Origin: Candidatus Krumholzibacteriia bacterium
GTDB lineage: Bacteria > Krumholzibacteriota > Krumholzibacteriia > Krumholzibacteriales > Krumholzibacteriaceae
Direction: 5' to 3'
DNA length: 64,000 nt
NCBI GenBank assembly: GCA_963836185.1
Contig: CAWIIQ010000001.1
Coordinates: 2,080,001-2,144,000 of the forward strand
Under the pieces are notes generated by a model. It was not told the origin of the DNA, searched no databases, and was given only the letters and a program-made list of their open reading frames with translations. Below, piece by piece: positions 21,962 to 31,027 of this stretch (the first letter of the stretch is position 1; each line of letters begins with the position of its first letter). The position numbers were made by a program, and so were the translations under genes.

Positions 21962-21994
21962 AAAAACGCCCTCTCCCGATAATGAGAGAGGGCG
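21962..21994 (-). terminator. Intrinsic terminator
   Basis: 9-bp stem CGCCCTCTC/GAGAGGGCG followed by TTTTT on the minus strand, downstream of the small lipoprotein gene. Confidence 0.8.
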
Positions 21995-22059
21995 CTGTAA
22001 ACTGCAAGTTACACTGCTACGCTGTCGAAGAGAGGCACGGCCCCTTCTTCAGACGGCTG

Positions 22060-22404
22060 TCAGTCCTGGCATTCAGCTCCGTCGCAGCTGTACGTGAGGC
22101 TGGTAGTACTGCCTTCCGAAACCGAAATCTGGTCCGTCCAGCAGACATATATATCGCCGTACATAGCGTTGCTGCGCATGTAAAGGTTATACGTTCCGGG
22201 AGCGAGCGGAAAAAAGGCCGATTCCTCGGATGAAGCTATGCCCTGGTATTCATCCTCGACAAACACCCAGACTCCGAATGTGAGACAATCCCTGAAAGTG
22301 ACCTTGATCCCTGTAGGCGTGACTTCCTGTGTGTCGTCCGAACATCCCGCCAGCAGCACCGGCATAAGAGCCAGTATCAATATTACGGCACCGAGCTGCC
22401 TCAT
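22060..22404 (-). CDS. Small lipoprotein (beta-sandwich/PEGA-like)
   Basis: Lipobox LLAG-C followed by SDD; GGAGG RBS. Confidence 0.75.
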   Translation of the reverse strand: MRQLGAVILILALMPVLLAGCSDDTQEVTPTGIKVTFRDCLTFGVWVFVEDEYQGIASSEESAFFPLAPGTYNLYMRSNAMYGDIYVCWTDQISVSEGSTTSLTYSCDGAECQD

Positions 22405-22469
22405 CTGAACCTCCCTTTATATCTTTTCGAATGGATCACCGGGCAATCAGACGCCCTTGACCTGAGGGA

Positions 22470-22498
22470 AATCTAACAAATGACAGTCAGTGCGACAA
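22470..22498 (-). promoter_or_regulatory. sigma70-type promoter of the small lipoprotein gene
   Basis: TTGTCG-N17-TAGATT on the minus strand. Confidence 0.45.
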
Positions 22499-22519
22499 GT
22501 GAAAAACGGGCAGTCTGTG

Positions 22520-22942
22520 TTATGTCTTCAAGAGTTTCGACCCGCACCAGGGGCAGAAATTGTACTTCTCGCTGACCGAGTGCCCGCACCCGCACAGGAT
22601 GGCGGGACCCCCGTCTTCATCCGTCTCGACGGATATGGAGCTGAAGCAGCATTTTTTAAGCTCGTCATAGAGCTCCTGGGCCTTGGGCAGCACGAACTCA
22701 TATTCCTTGCCCGAGCAGACTATCACGCGGGGATGGAGGTCGCCTCCCTCGATGCGGACATCATCCACAGTAGCGAGGTCGATTGAAACCCCTTTCATTC
22801 CGAAAGAGGAATCGAGATGGGATACCTGGAAGTTGAGCCGGCAATCGGTCAGCTCAAGGACTCCCCGTGCAGCGATAAGCCGGCTGACGTAATAAATCGC
22901 TTTTTGCATGAACAGGGTCGTTTCCGTGCATACCTGCAACAT
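22520..22942 (-). CDS. Hypothetical protein, PH/GRAM-like domain + C-terminal zinc ribbon
   Basis: 'GVLELTDCRLNF...IDLATVDDVRIE' PH-like strands; CGCG...FCPWCG zinc ribbon; GGAGG RBS before ATG 22942. Confidence 0.6.
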   Translation of the reverse strand: MLQVCTETTLFMQKAIYYVSRLIAARGVLELTDCRLNFQVSHLDSSFGMKGVSIDLATVDDVRIEGGDLHPRVIVCSGKEYEFVLPKAQELYDELKKCCFSSISVETDEDGGPAILCGCGHSVSEKYNFCPWCGSKLLKT

Positions 22943-22974
22943 TTTACCTCCATCAATGTGACCTGCCCGGTTAT

Positions 22975-22990
22975 TGCCAGAAACGTGCCA
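22975..22990 (-). promoter_or_regulatory. Possible sigma54 promoter
   Basis: TGGCAC-GTTTC-TGGCA (GG-N10-GC) about 30 bp upstream of ATG 22942. Confidence 0.5.
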
Positions 22991-23000
22991 TTTCAAACAC

Positions 23001-23030
23001 TTGACAGTCCGCCGAATCGGGGAATATCCT
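23001..23030 (+). promoter_or_regulatory. sigma70-type promoter of the acyltransferase operon
   Basis: TTGACA-N18-TATCCT. Confidence 0.55.
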
Positions 23031-23040
23031 CTTTGGCGTT

Positions 23041-23892
23041 GTGAAAGTAACAGGAACTACAGCATTCAGAGTCACGGCGGCAGTCCTGGACACCCTTCCA
23101 GGGCGGGTCCGCAGCCTGGCCGCCGATGTCTCGGCCCTGGGCTCCTTCTGCCTGGCCGCGAAAAAGAGACGCAATGTGCGCTCCAACCTCTCCGTAGTCG
23201 GCGCTTCACTCTCGAGTGGAAAGGTGTACGGCATCTTCAGGAATCATTCGATGAACCTAATCGAGATGTTCACTTCCTCGCGATGGGATGGTGACGAGAT
23301 AAAGGACCGCGTCGATTTCCCGTCCAGGAAGATCCTCGACGAGGCCCTCGCGGCGGGAAAGGGAGCGATCCTCGCGACGGGCCATATCGGCAACTGGGAA
23401 CTCCCGGGCCTTCTTCTAGGCTCACTGGGATATCCTCTCAGCGTTGTCGCCGGCGAGCAGATGAATTCTCTTCTCACCGGCTCGGTCAAGCTCGCCAAGG
23501 AAGAAAAAGGGATCGAGGTCATCGGCCCCGGACAGTCGTACAGAAAACTCTACCGCATCCTGAAGGCAGGAGGCCTCGTCGCCCTGCTGATCGATGGAGA
23601 TATCTTCGAGGGAGGCATTCCTGTCGAACTCTTCGGCAGGGAGGTCAATCTCCCGCGCGGAGCCGCAAGGCTCGCCATGAGTACCGGCGCTCCCGTTCTG
23701 GGCGCCTGTAGCAGGAGGATCAGAGACGACCTTTCCAGGGTGACCATGGAGACTCTGATAGCTCCTGGCGAGGCCGCCAGGATCGGCGAGACCGCCTCAC
23801 AGGAAAGGATTTTCCCGGCGATCGAGGGCTATATACGCGAAAACTCTGACCAGTGGTGCATATTCAGGAGATTCTGGAAGGATACCGCATGA
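23041..23892 (+). CDS. Lipid A/PIM-type acyltransferase (LpxL/PatA family)
   Basis: 'LAAGKGAILATGHIGNWE', VALLID, 'V.LFG...LPRGAARLA', C-terminal DQW motifs. Confidence 0.88.
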   Translation: MKVTGTTAFRVTAAVLDTLPGRVRSLAADVSALGSFCLAAKKRRNVRSNLSVVGASLSSGKVYGIFRNHSMNLIEMFTSSRWDGDEIKDRVDFPSRKILDEALAAGKGAILATGHIGNWELPGLLLGSLGYPLSVVAGEQMNSLLTGSVKLAKEEKGIEVIGPGQSYRKLYRILKAGGLVALLIDGDIFEGGIPVELFGREVNLPRGAARLAMSTGAPVLGACSRRIRDDLSRVTMETLIAPGEAARIGETASQERIFPAIEGYIRENSDQWCIFRRFWKDTA

Positions 23893-25052
23893 AGATAGGT
23901 ATCGTGACCCAATCATATTACCCGAAGCCGGGCGGCGTCACCGAAGTCGTACACCATACTGCGACCGAGCTTCGCACGCTCGGACACGATGTGACGATCA
24001 TAACGACCAGGTACGATGGCAGCAGGAAGAGAGAGCCGGGAGTGATCAGGATCGGCAGAAACATCCTCTTCCCCGCAAACGGAGCCTGGACCAATGTGAC
24101 CGCGGGATGGCGCCTGCGGCGAAAGCTCGAGGAGATCTTCCGCACGGAGCGGTTCGACATCATCCAGACACACTGCCCCCTCGTCCCGACTCTGCCGGCC
24201 CTGACCCTTCTCGCCGACAGGTATGGAGCGAAACTCGTCGGCACCTTCCATGCCGCGGCGGAGAAGAACTTCATGTACGCTCTCCTTCGCCCCCTCGTCG
24301 AATGGGGAGCAGGCCACCTCGATCACAGGACAGCAGTCTCGGAGCCATGCAGGGATTTCGTCTCGAAATACTTTCCGGGAGAGTACGAGATCGTCCCGAA
24401 CGGGATAGACTCGGCGCGGTTTCATCCAGGCATCGCCCCCGTCGAGGGCCTCAGGGACGGCAAACTCAACATCCTCTTCGTAGGAAGGATGGACAGGCGC
24501 AAGGGCCTCCCCTATCTCTTCAAGGCGCTGCCGATCATACAAAGGTCGCTCCCCCGTCTTGTAAGGCTTATTCTCGTCGGCGAAGGAAGCCTCCGCCGTA
24601 AGGTGATGCCGAGACCGATCAACCTCGGAGGTGCCGAGATCATGGCTGTCGGGCGGGTCGATGCCGAGCTGCTGCCGAGATATTACGCCTCTTCCGACAT
24701 CTTCTGCGCCCCGGCGACGGGCAGGGAGAGCTTCGGAATAGTCCTTCTCGAGGCGATGGCGGCAGGGGTACCGATCGTCGCCTCAGACATCCCGGGATTC
24801 CGGAAGGTCGTCAAAAGAGGAACAGACGGGATACTTGTAGCTCCCGGCTCCCCTGCTGAGATCGCCGATGCCGTGGTGAGAATAGCATCTGACCTCGCCA
24901 TGGCAGGGAGGATGACCGCCGCCGGACGCGAGAAAGCCCTCACCTACGACTGGAGCTCGGTCACCGTCAGGCTTGAGGAGTGCTTCCGAAACGTACTTCA
25001 CGGCAGACATGATCGCGCCCCCGATATTCCGGAACAGGTGAAGACCAGATGA
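23889..25052 (+). CDS. GT4 glycosyltransferase, PimA-like
   Basis: MKIGIV..Y..PGGV, VGTFH, FVGRMDRRKG, DIFCAPATGRESFGIVLLEAMAAG; ATGA overlap with the acyltransferase. Confidence 0.88.
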   Translation: MKIGIVTQSYYPKPGGVTEVVHHTATELRTLGHDVTIITTRYDGSRKREPGVIRIGRNILFPANGAWTNVTAGWRLRRKLEEIFRTERFDIIQTHCPLVPTLPALTLLADRYGAKLVGTFHAAAEKNFMYALLRPLVEWGAGHLDHRTAVSEPCRDFVSKYFPGEYEIVPNGIDSARFHPGIAPVEGLRDGKLNILFVGRMDRRKGLPYLFKALPIIQRSLPRLVRLILVGEGSLRRKVMPRPINLGGAEIMAVGRVDAELLPRYYASSDIFCAPATGRESFGIVLLEAMAAGVPIVASDIPGFRKVVKRGTDGILVAPGSPAEIADAVVRIASDLAMAGRMTAAGREKALTYDWSSVTVRLEECFRNVLHGRHDRAPDIPEQVKTR

Positions 25053-26331
25053 GCGTCGAGCCGGCCGGAAAGAGCGGGCCGGGAGAAGCGACATTCACGG
25101 CTATCTCCGGCGCCTTGTTCACGATGTTCTGGGTTGCCCAGGCAGTCTCTCTCTTCGGTGACAGGCTGAACAACTTCTCTCTCGTCGCGCTCGTCAACAG
25201 GTTCTCCGACGATCCGTCGATGCAGCTCTCAGGGATCTACGCGGCGATGTACCTTCCCGTCTTCATACTCGCCCCGGCGGCCGGTGTGATCGTCGACAGG
25301 CTGAGCAAGAAGTGGGTGCTCGCCGCGACCGACCTGGTCCGCGGGCTGCTCGTCCTGCTGATACCGGTCGCTTTCTCGGCTACAGGAAGCTTTATCCCCG
25401 TCATGGCGGTCGTTTTCATCATCTCGACCGGAAACCTGCTCTTTCTGCCGGCGAAAGCGGGGCTCCTTCCCGAGATCGTACCTCCTGAAAAACTCGTAAA
25501 GGTCAATTCGATCCTTTGGATAGCCGGTATCGCCGGCGTCGTGGGGGGGTTTCTCGGCGGGGGTGTCATCTTCGACTATTTCTCATGGGAGGCCTGCTTT
25601 CATCTCGATGGCGCTACCTATCTGCTCTCGGCCGTTCTGCTGACAGTCATCGCTTTGCGTCTGCCGGCCACTGGCGGGCAGACAGACTTGGATGACCGCC
25701 CGGACAGTGATGCCCGCAAGGGATTCTGGCACTCTGCGGCAGAAGGTCTTGCCGAGATCAGAGGAAATCGCTCCCTGATCGCTCCTCTCAGCGTGCAGGC
25801 GCTGATCTTTTTCGGCGCGGGAGGGTTCTCGGTCCTCGCCGTCGCTCTGGTGAGAGAGGTCTCGAAGGAGGGCAGTTCGATGGGGCTTGCCGTCGCCGGC
25901 CTTTCCGCCGGGGCCGGGATGGCCGCAGGTTCGGTCCTTGCCCACCGCCTGGGACAGAAGGCCGGACGGCTCGCTGAAAGCGTTCTCTTCCTTCTCTTCG
26001 CCCCTGCCGCTGCGACGGTCGCATTCTCGGACTCGCTGATCGTGACTTCTGCCGGCATGTTCATCGCGGGCCTTGCCGCCACCCCCCTCTTCATCATCTC
26101 GGAGTCTCAGCTCCAGGCAAGGATCCCCCCGGCCTTCGCGGCCGTGTCTTCTCATTGAGAGAGATACTGACAAGGAGCCTTTTCCTCGCATCCTCCTTTC
26201 TGATGAGTTTTCTGGGCAGAATGTCCGGTAAAGGGGTCATGCTGCTGCTGCTTGGCCTTTTTCTTGCAATCTTCGGAATGATCCGGGTCATCTTGTCCGG
26301 GTCCGGGCGTACCGATAACAATAACCGCTGA
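25049..26331 (+). CDS. MFS transporter, frameshifted near 26128 in a C homopolymer
   Basis: 'AQAVSLFGD', 'AGVIVDRLSKK' MFS motifs; adding one C restores 'LRGRVFSLRE' and two further TM helices ending at TGA 26329-26331. Confidence 0.82.
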
Positions 26332-26342
26332 CGGGAGAAGCA

Positions 26343-26783
26343 ATGGAGATCACCGAGAAGATCCTCAGGGAAGTCTTTCACCGCCTTGTAAATATGGAGC
26401 CGGAAGACGAACTGTTCGAGAGGCTCAACGGCGTCATAAACGGGATGATGGACAAGTTCAAGGATACCTTCGATCTCGATACCGTACAGAGGCAGAACAC
26501 CTTCCGTGCGATAATATGCTCGATGTTCGTGCACGGCTGGGGCATCGGTATGCACCCCTTCAACAACCCCGACAGGAACCTCGACGAGAGGCCGATAGAG
26601 GTCCGTGTCAGCAAGGATATCCTGATCCCGATGGAGAATATCAAGGCTCTCCGATACGTCAAGAAGGACGAGGACGGCCGTGTCAAGAAGGTCCTCTTCG
26701 AGCCCGACCAGAACGAACGTATCCGCGGGCAGATAGACAATCTCCTCGACAAGATAGCTACTGAGAAATGGGGAGAGAAGTAA
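26343..26783 (+). CDS. Hypothetical protein
   Basis: 146-aa ORF with GGAG RBS and typical codon usage; no recognised family. Confidence 0.7.
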   Translation: MEITEKILREVFHRLVNMEPEDELFERLNGVINGMMDKFKDTFDLDTVQRQNTFRAIICSMFVHGWGIGMHPFNNPDRNLDERPIEVRVSKDILIPMENIKALRYVKKDEDGRVKKVLFEPDQNERIRGQIDNLLDKIATEKWGEK

Positions 26784-26798
26784 AACGGCGCGGGATGA

Positions 26799-27614
26799 TC
26801 AGTCGTTGAGCTTCTCGAGCTCTATCAACCTTCCACCCTCTTTGAATTCGACGGAATCCATCAGTTCCTTGAGCAGGTATATCCCCCTGCCTGAACCCTT
26901 GTAGATATTCTCCTGCTCCGTGGGATCGGAGACCTCGTCGGGAATGAATCCGTCTCCCTGGTCCTCGATCTGGATTCGTATGCGCCGGTTGCTGATGTAG
27001 ATACGTACACGGACCTTGAGATCCTCGTCGGACTTGTTGCCATGTACGATCGCGTTGCTGAGGGCCTCGTCGACGACCATGGGAAGATTGACCCGGCTCT
27101 CCTCGGGTGGAAATCCGAACTCGGCAGACAGAAAGGAGATCAGCCGGTTCACCCCGAGGATACGCGAGAGCTTGCTCGGTACGACGAAGTTCAGGCTTAC
27201 GTCTCCCTCCCTGATCAGCTCATTGTTGCGGGGAAACGGTATCCCCCGGTCACCGCCGTGGCGCAGCACGCCCTGGACATCGGCCCTGCTGAACGGAGGC
27301 GTGATGATCCCGTCTATTCCCATCGAGATATAGGTGAGGTATGCCCTCTCATCGCATTCGCCCGTCACTATGTAGAGTGGCGATTCGATCATCGTAAGCC
27401 GCAGCTGTCTCGTCTTGGCTGGGTCGAGCTTGCCGGAGGGAAGAAAGAGAAGGAGATTCGGGTTCCCCTCCTTGACCGACTGCAGTCCCTTGAAGAATCG
27501 GGGAAAGGTCTTGAAAACCCCTACCTCGACATCCTCGGGGAGGCGTGCCTCGGCAAAGAATTGATCATGCAGCGCGGGCTGCAGATTGAGTATATACAAC
27601 GAAAGATTATTCAC
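26799..27614 (-). CDS. RsbW-like anti-sigma factor/Ser kinase with N-terminal pseudo-receiver domain
   Basis: EALSNAIVHGN, IEDQGDGF, SGRGIYL HATPase_c_2 motifs; N-terminal part ends 'GIDGIITPPF', like a receiver domain; start GTG 27614 inferred. Confidence 0.8.
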   Translation of the reverse strand: MNNLSLYILNLQPALHDQFFAEARLPEDVEVGVFKTFPRFFKGLQSVKEGNPNLLLFLPSGKLDPAKTRQLRLTMIESPLYIVTGECDERAYLTYISMGIDGIITPPFSRADVQGVLRHGGDRGIPFPRNNELIREGDVSLNFVVPSKLSRILGVNRLISFLSAEFGFPPEESRVNLPMVVDEALSNAIVHGNKSDEDLKVRVRIYISNRRIRIQIEDQGDGFIPDEVSDPTEQENIYKGSGRGIYLLKELMDSVEFKEGGRLIELEKLND

Positions 27615-27630
27615 ATCCGCCCGGGTATCG

Positions 27631-28230
27631 TTAGAATACCTGCTGCCCGTCGGCGAGTATCTGGTTAAGAGCCGTCCGGAAATACTCACTCGACTCGGTC
27701 ACTTCAGAACCGATCTTCTCCTTGTAGGCCTCCCAGGCCTTCTTTATCTCGGGACCCAGCACGGTCATCAGGTCACCGCTGGCGAGGCCGCGGTCCCGCT
27801 TCTCCTGATTGTACACGAGGATATCGCTCACAAAGACGCGCGCAAGTCTTTTAGCCCTTTCGCGTTTCTTCTTCATCTCGGGCGTCTCCTCGACCGTCTG
27901 CTCGACGGCGGGCTGCGCCTCGGAAGCGGGCACCTCGTTACCCATGATCTCGACCTCTGTATCCATGGCCGCGGGTTCGGGCTCTGTCATGACAGCCGCC
28001 ACTCGCTGCTGCTCCGGAGCGGCCCATCCACCCGAAGGAGCCTCAGCCAGGGGAACGCCCGTGGCGTATTCATTGGTCGTGATCTCGATATCGGGATCGA
28101 TAGACACCGGAGGCGGGGTGAGTCTCCATACGAACCGGCACTTAGGGCACCTGACCCTGATTCCCGCTGTGGGTACCTTCTCGTCCCCGAGCATGTATTT
28201 CGTCGAGCATCCGTCACAGGTGACGATCAT
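27631..28230 (-). CDS. MJ0042-type zinc-ribbon protein with C-terminal RomX-like domain
   Basis: N-terminal CDGC...VRCPKC zinc ribbon; Pro/Glu-rich linker; C-terminal 'AKRLARVFVSDILVYNQEK...YFRTALNQIL'. Confidence 0.75.
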   Translation of the reverse strand: MIVTCDGCSTKYMLGDEKVPTAGIRVRCPKCRFVWRLTPPPVSIDPDIEITTNEYATGVPLAEAPSGGWAAPEQQRVAAVMTEPEPAAMDTEVEIMGNEVPASEAQPAVEQTVEETPEMKKKRERAKRLARVFVSDILVYNQEKRDRGLASGDLMTVLGPEIKKAWEAYKEKIGSEVTESSEYFRTALNQILADGQQVF

Positions 28231-28280
28231 TTCTACCGATCCTCCATCCCTCGTACCGAGCAGGCCGCAATTTTGATCCG

Positions 28281-28829
28281 TCAGAGTCCGAGTTCCTTCG
28301 ATATCGATCTCATAGCGACGAGTGATATCTCGAGAAATTCGTGCAGATCAAGACCCAGCTCGCTACAACTTGCAATCGCCTCACGGTTTGCGCCTGCGGC
28401 AAACCTCTTTTCCTTGTAACGCTTCCCCACGAATTCGGCGTCCGTTTCAGCCAGTTTCTTCGATGGGTGCATCAGGGCTGAAGCAACAATCAAGCCAGTA
28501 ACCGGATCTGCGGCGTATATCGCCTTATCCATTTCAGTGTCCCGCCCGGCCTTGTCGCAATGGGCGAGAATCGCGTGCCGGACCTCCCCGGGCAGGTCCG
28601 CGCCCTCTAACAGGTCTATAGTCACGCATCCGTGATTTTCCGGATCCTCGAAGGTACGCTCATAGTCAAGATCGTGAAGGAGGCCGGCCATCCCCCAGAC
28701 ATCGGGATCGCCTCCATAACGAGGTGCAAGAGAACGCATTATGATTTCAACGGCGAGTACGTGTTTGACGAGGTTCTTCTTCCCGAGATGTGTGTTTACC
28801 ATCTCCATCGCTTCTTCGCGCGTTATCAA
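28281..28829 (-). CDS. HD/HDIG-domain phosphohydrolase
   Basis: KH.LAV, GLLHDLD, AILAH, AADPVTG, FAAGANR motifs. Confidence 0.85.
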   Translation of the reverse strand: MITREEAMEMVNTHLGKKNLVKHVLAVEIIMRSLAPRYGGDPDVWGMAGLLHDLDYERTFEDPENHGCVTIDLLEGADLPGEVRHAILAHCDKAGRDTEMDKAIYAADPVTGLIVASALMHPSKKLAETDAEFVGKRYKEKRFAAGANREAIASCSELGLDLHEFLEISLVAMRSISKELGL

Positions 28830-28859
28830 ACCGTCCCCTTTCCCTTTACAGGCTGCCGG

Positions 28860-30959
28860 TCAGCCGATATCGGCCAGTTCCATCCTGCCCCTATAATACC
28901 GCCGGAAATAATCCGCAACAACCCTGTTTTCAGGCGACTCGAGCCCCGGGTCCTCCGAGAGGAGTCTCCCGCTCTCCTCCCAGGACATCTGGACAAGATC
29001 ATTGTCGCTCAGCGGATTGATCAGCCTGAACGATGGATATCCCGATTGTCGCGTCCCCCATACCTCCCCGGGCCCGCGCATCTCCAGGTCTATCTCCGCC
29101 ACGCGGAACCCGTCCACTGTAGACGCGAACAACTCGAGCCTCTGACGCGCCTTTCCGGCTGTGTCCTCATCGATGAGAAGGTAACAGATCCCCTCTGATC
29201 CGCTCCTTCCGATCCTCCCCCTGAGCTGGTGAAGCTGGGCCAGGCCGAACCGTTCGGGATGATTGATCAGCAGCATGGAGGCGTTCGGAATATCGACGCC
29301 GACCTCTATCACAGTCGTAGTAACGAGTCCCAGGATCTCTCCCGCGCGGAACATCGATATCGCCTTCATCTTCTCCTCGAAACTCATCCTGCCATGGAGC
29401 AGTCCCAGGGGAAAACCGGAGAATTCCTCGGCCGAGAGACGTTCGAACTCCTCGGTGGCGGCCTTCAGCTCCATGCTCTCGCTCTCCTCTACCAGGGGAT
29501 AAAGGATGAATGCCTGTCTTCCCTCGCTCATATCGGAGCGCACCGATCGATAGACCGATTCTGATGCCCCCGTCGGCACCAGTTCGGTCCTGACCTTCCT
29601 GCTGCCGAACGGCATCTCGTCAATGATCGAAAGGTCGAGGTCACCGTAGACAGTCTGCGCCAGGCTCCTCGGTATCGGAGTAGCGGTCATCACCAGGAAA
29701 TGCGGAAGTATGTCTCCGGAACCGAGTGTCGCTCTCTGCCGCACCCCGAACCTGTGCTGCTCGTCGATAACGGCCAGGCCGAGCTGTCTGAACGTTATTG
29801 CTTCCTGTATCAGAGCGTGCGTGCCCACGACGAGATCGATCTCCCCCGAAGCGAGCTTTTTCTGTATACTTTTCTTTTCCGCCTGTCTCATCGAGCCGAG
29901 GAGCAGAGCGCTCGTGACATCGAGCCCTGAGAGGTATTTCTCTATTTTCATCGCGTGCTGCTGGGCGAGGATCTCGGTCGGAGCCATCATCGCGGCCTGA
30001 TGCCCCGCGCCGACGGCGAGAAGCATCGATGCAAGCCCTACGACCGTCTTTCCCGATCCGACATCTCCCTGGAGAAGTCTCGACAACCCTTTCTCACTCT
30101 CGACATCGGCCCTTATCTCTTTAAGCACCCTCTTCTGCGCCCCCGTCAGGGAGAAGGGAAGGTTCTCGAGAAATCGCCTCGCAAGGCTGTGCGGAGGCTC
30201 GATCCCGGGCCTTTTCTTCCCCTCGCGCACGAGGATCCGCCTCTCCCTTATCAGGAGGTGAAGAAAGAAGACCTCCTCGAACTTGAGCCTTCTGACAGCC
30301 TCATCGCGCCCCGCCTCATCTTCGGGATAGTGGATCTGGCCGAGCGCCTCCTCCCTGCCTGTCAGGCCCATCTCCGAGATGATCCGGGGCGGGAGGTTCT
30401 CCGGTATCATCCCGCTCGCGCGCTCGAGTGCCGCCTTTACTATCCTCCTCATCATCCTCTGTGAGATCCCCGCTGTCAGGGGATAAACGGGCGCGATCCT
30501 GCCGGCGTGAAGAAGCTGTTCGTCCTCACCGCCTCCAGTGATCTCCCACTCGGGCGCAGCCATCTGCTTCGTGTCCCTGTAAAGCTTGACCTGCCCACTC
30601 GCAATCACTTTCGAACCTTTGCGGAAATACTTTTCAAGATAGGGCTGGTTGAAAAAGACGAGCTGCAGGGCCCCTGTGCCGTCATCGATGGCGACGGTCA
30701 GCATGCTCCTGCGGGGGCCGAGCCTTCGCGAATGAGCGGTGAGGATCTCGCCGCTGACCGTGACCGTCTCCCCCGGAGAGGCCGATCCGATAGAAACGAG
30801 GCTGCTCCGGTCGTAATATCCCCTTGGATAATGCCTTATAAGATCGTCTACCGTCTCGATCCCCATCCTGGAGAGATGTTTCTGGCGTGCCGGGCCGACA
30901 CCCTTGAGATACTGGCTGCTCATCCCGAGTATCTTTTCTTCTCTCTTTTCACTGGCCAT
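28860..30959 (-). CDS. recG: ATP-dependent DNA helicase RecG
   Basis: LKGVGP, LLQGDVGSGKT, DEQHRFG, MTATPIPR, QLHQLRGRIGR motifs. Confidence 0.98.
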   Translation of the reverse strand: MASEKREEKILGMSSQYLKGVGPARQKHLSRMGIETVDDLIRHYPRGYYDRSSLVSIGSASPGETVTVSGEILTAHSRRLGPRRSMLTVAIDDGTGALQLVFFNQPYLEKYFRKGSKVIASGQVKLYRDTKQMAAPEWEITGGGEDEQLLHAGRIAPVYPLTAGISQRMMRRIVKAALERASGMIPENLPPRIISEMGLTGREEALGQIHYPEDEAGRDEAVRRLKFEEVFFLHLLIRERRILVREGKKRPGIEPPHSLARRFLENLPFSLTGAQKRVLKEIRADVESEKGLSRLLQGDVGSGKTVVGLASMLLAVGAGHQAAMMAPTEILAQQHAMKIEKYLSGLDVTSALLLGSMRQAEKKSIQKKLASGEIDLVVGTHALIQEAITFRQLGLAVIDEQHRFGVRQRATLGSGDILPHFLVMTATPIPRSLAQTVYGDLDLSIIDEMPFGSRKVRTELVPTGASESVYRSVRSDMSEGRQAFILYPLVEESESMELKAATEEFERLSAEEFSGFPLGLLHGRMSFEEKMKAISMFRAGEILGLVTTTVIEVGVDIPNASMLLINHPERFGLAQLHQLRGRIGRSGSEGICYLLIDEDTAGKARQRLELFASTVDGFRVAEIDLEMRGPGEVWGTRQSGYPSFRLINPLSDNDLVQMSWEESGRLLSEDPGLESPENRVVADYFRRYYRGRMELADIG

Positions 30960-30966
30960 AAATCGC

Positions 30967-30995
30967 TTGCTTTCGAGGGGGTTATCCTCTAAATT
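30967..30995 (+). promoter_or_regulatory. sigma70-type promoter of rpmB
   Basis: TTGCTT-N17-TAAATT. Confidence 0.55.
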
Positions 30996-31027
30996 AAACA
31001 CTCGCTTACATGAAGCGGAGGAGTATC

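Noticed and set aside
22420-22465. 5' UTR hairpin with CCATTCGAAA, reminiscent of a c-di-GMP-I riboswitch
   Set aside because: Only one hairpin (22434-22462); the paired GNRA/receptor stems and GCAAA motifs are absent
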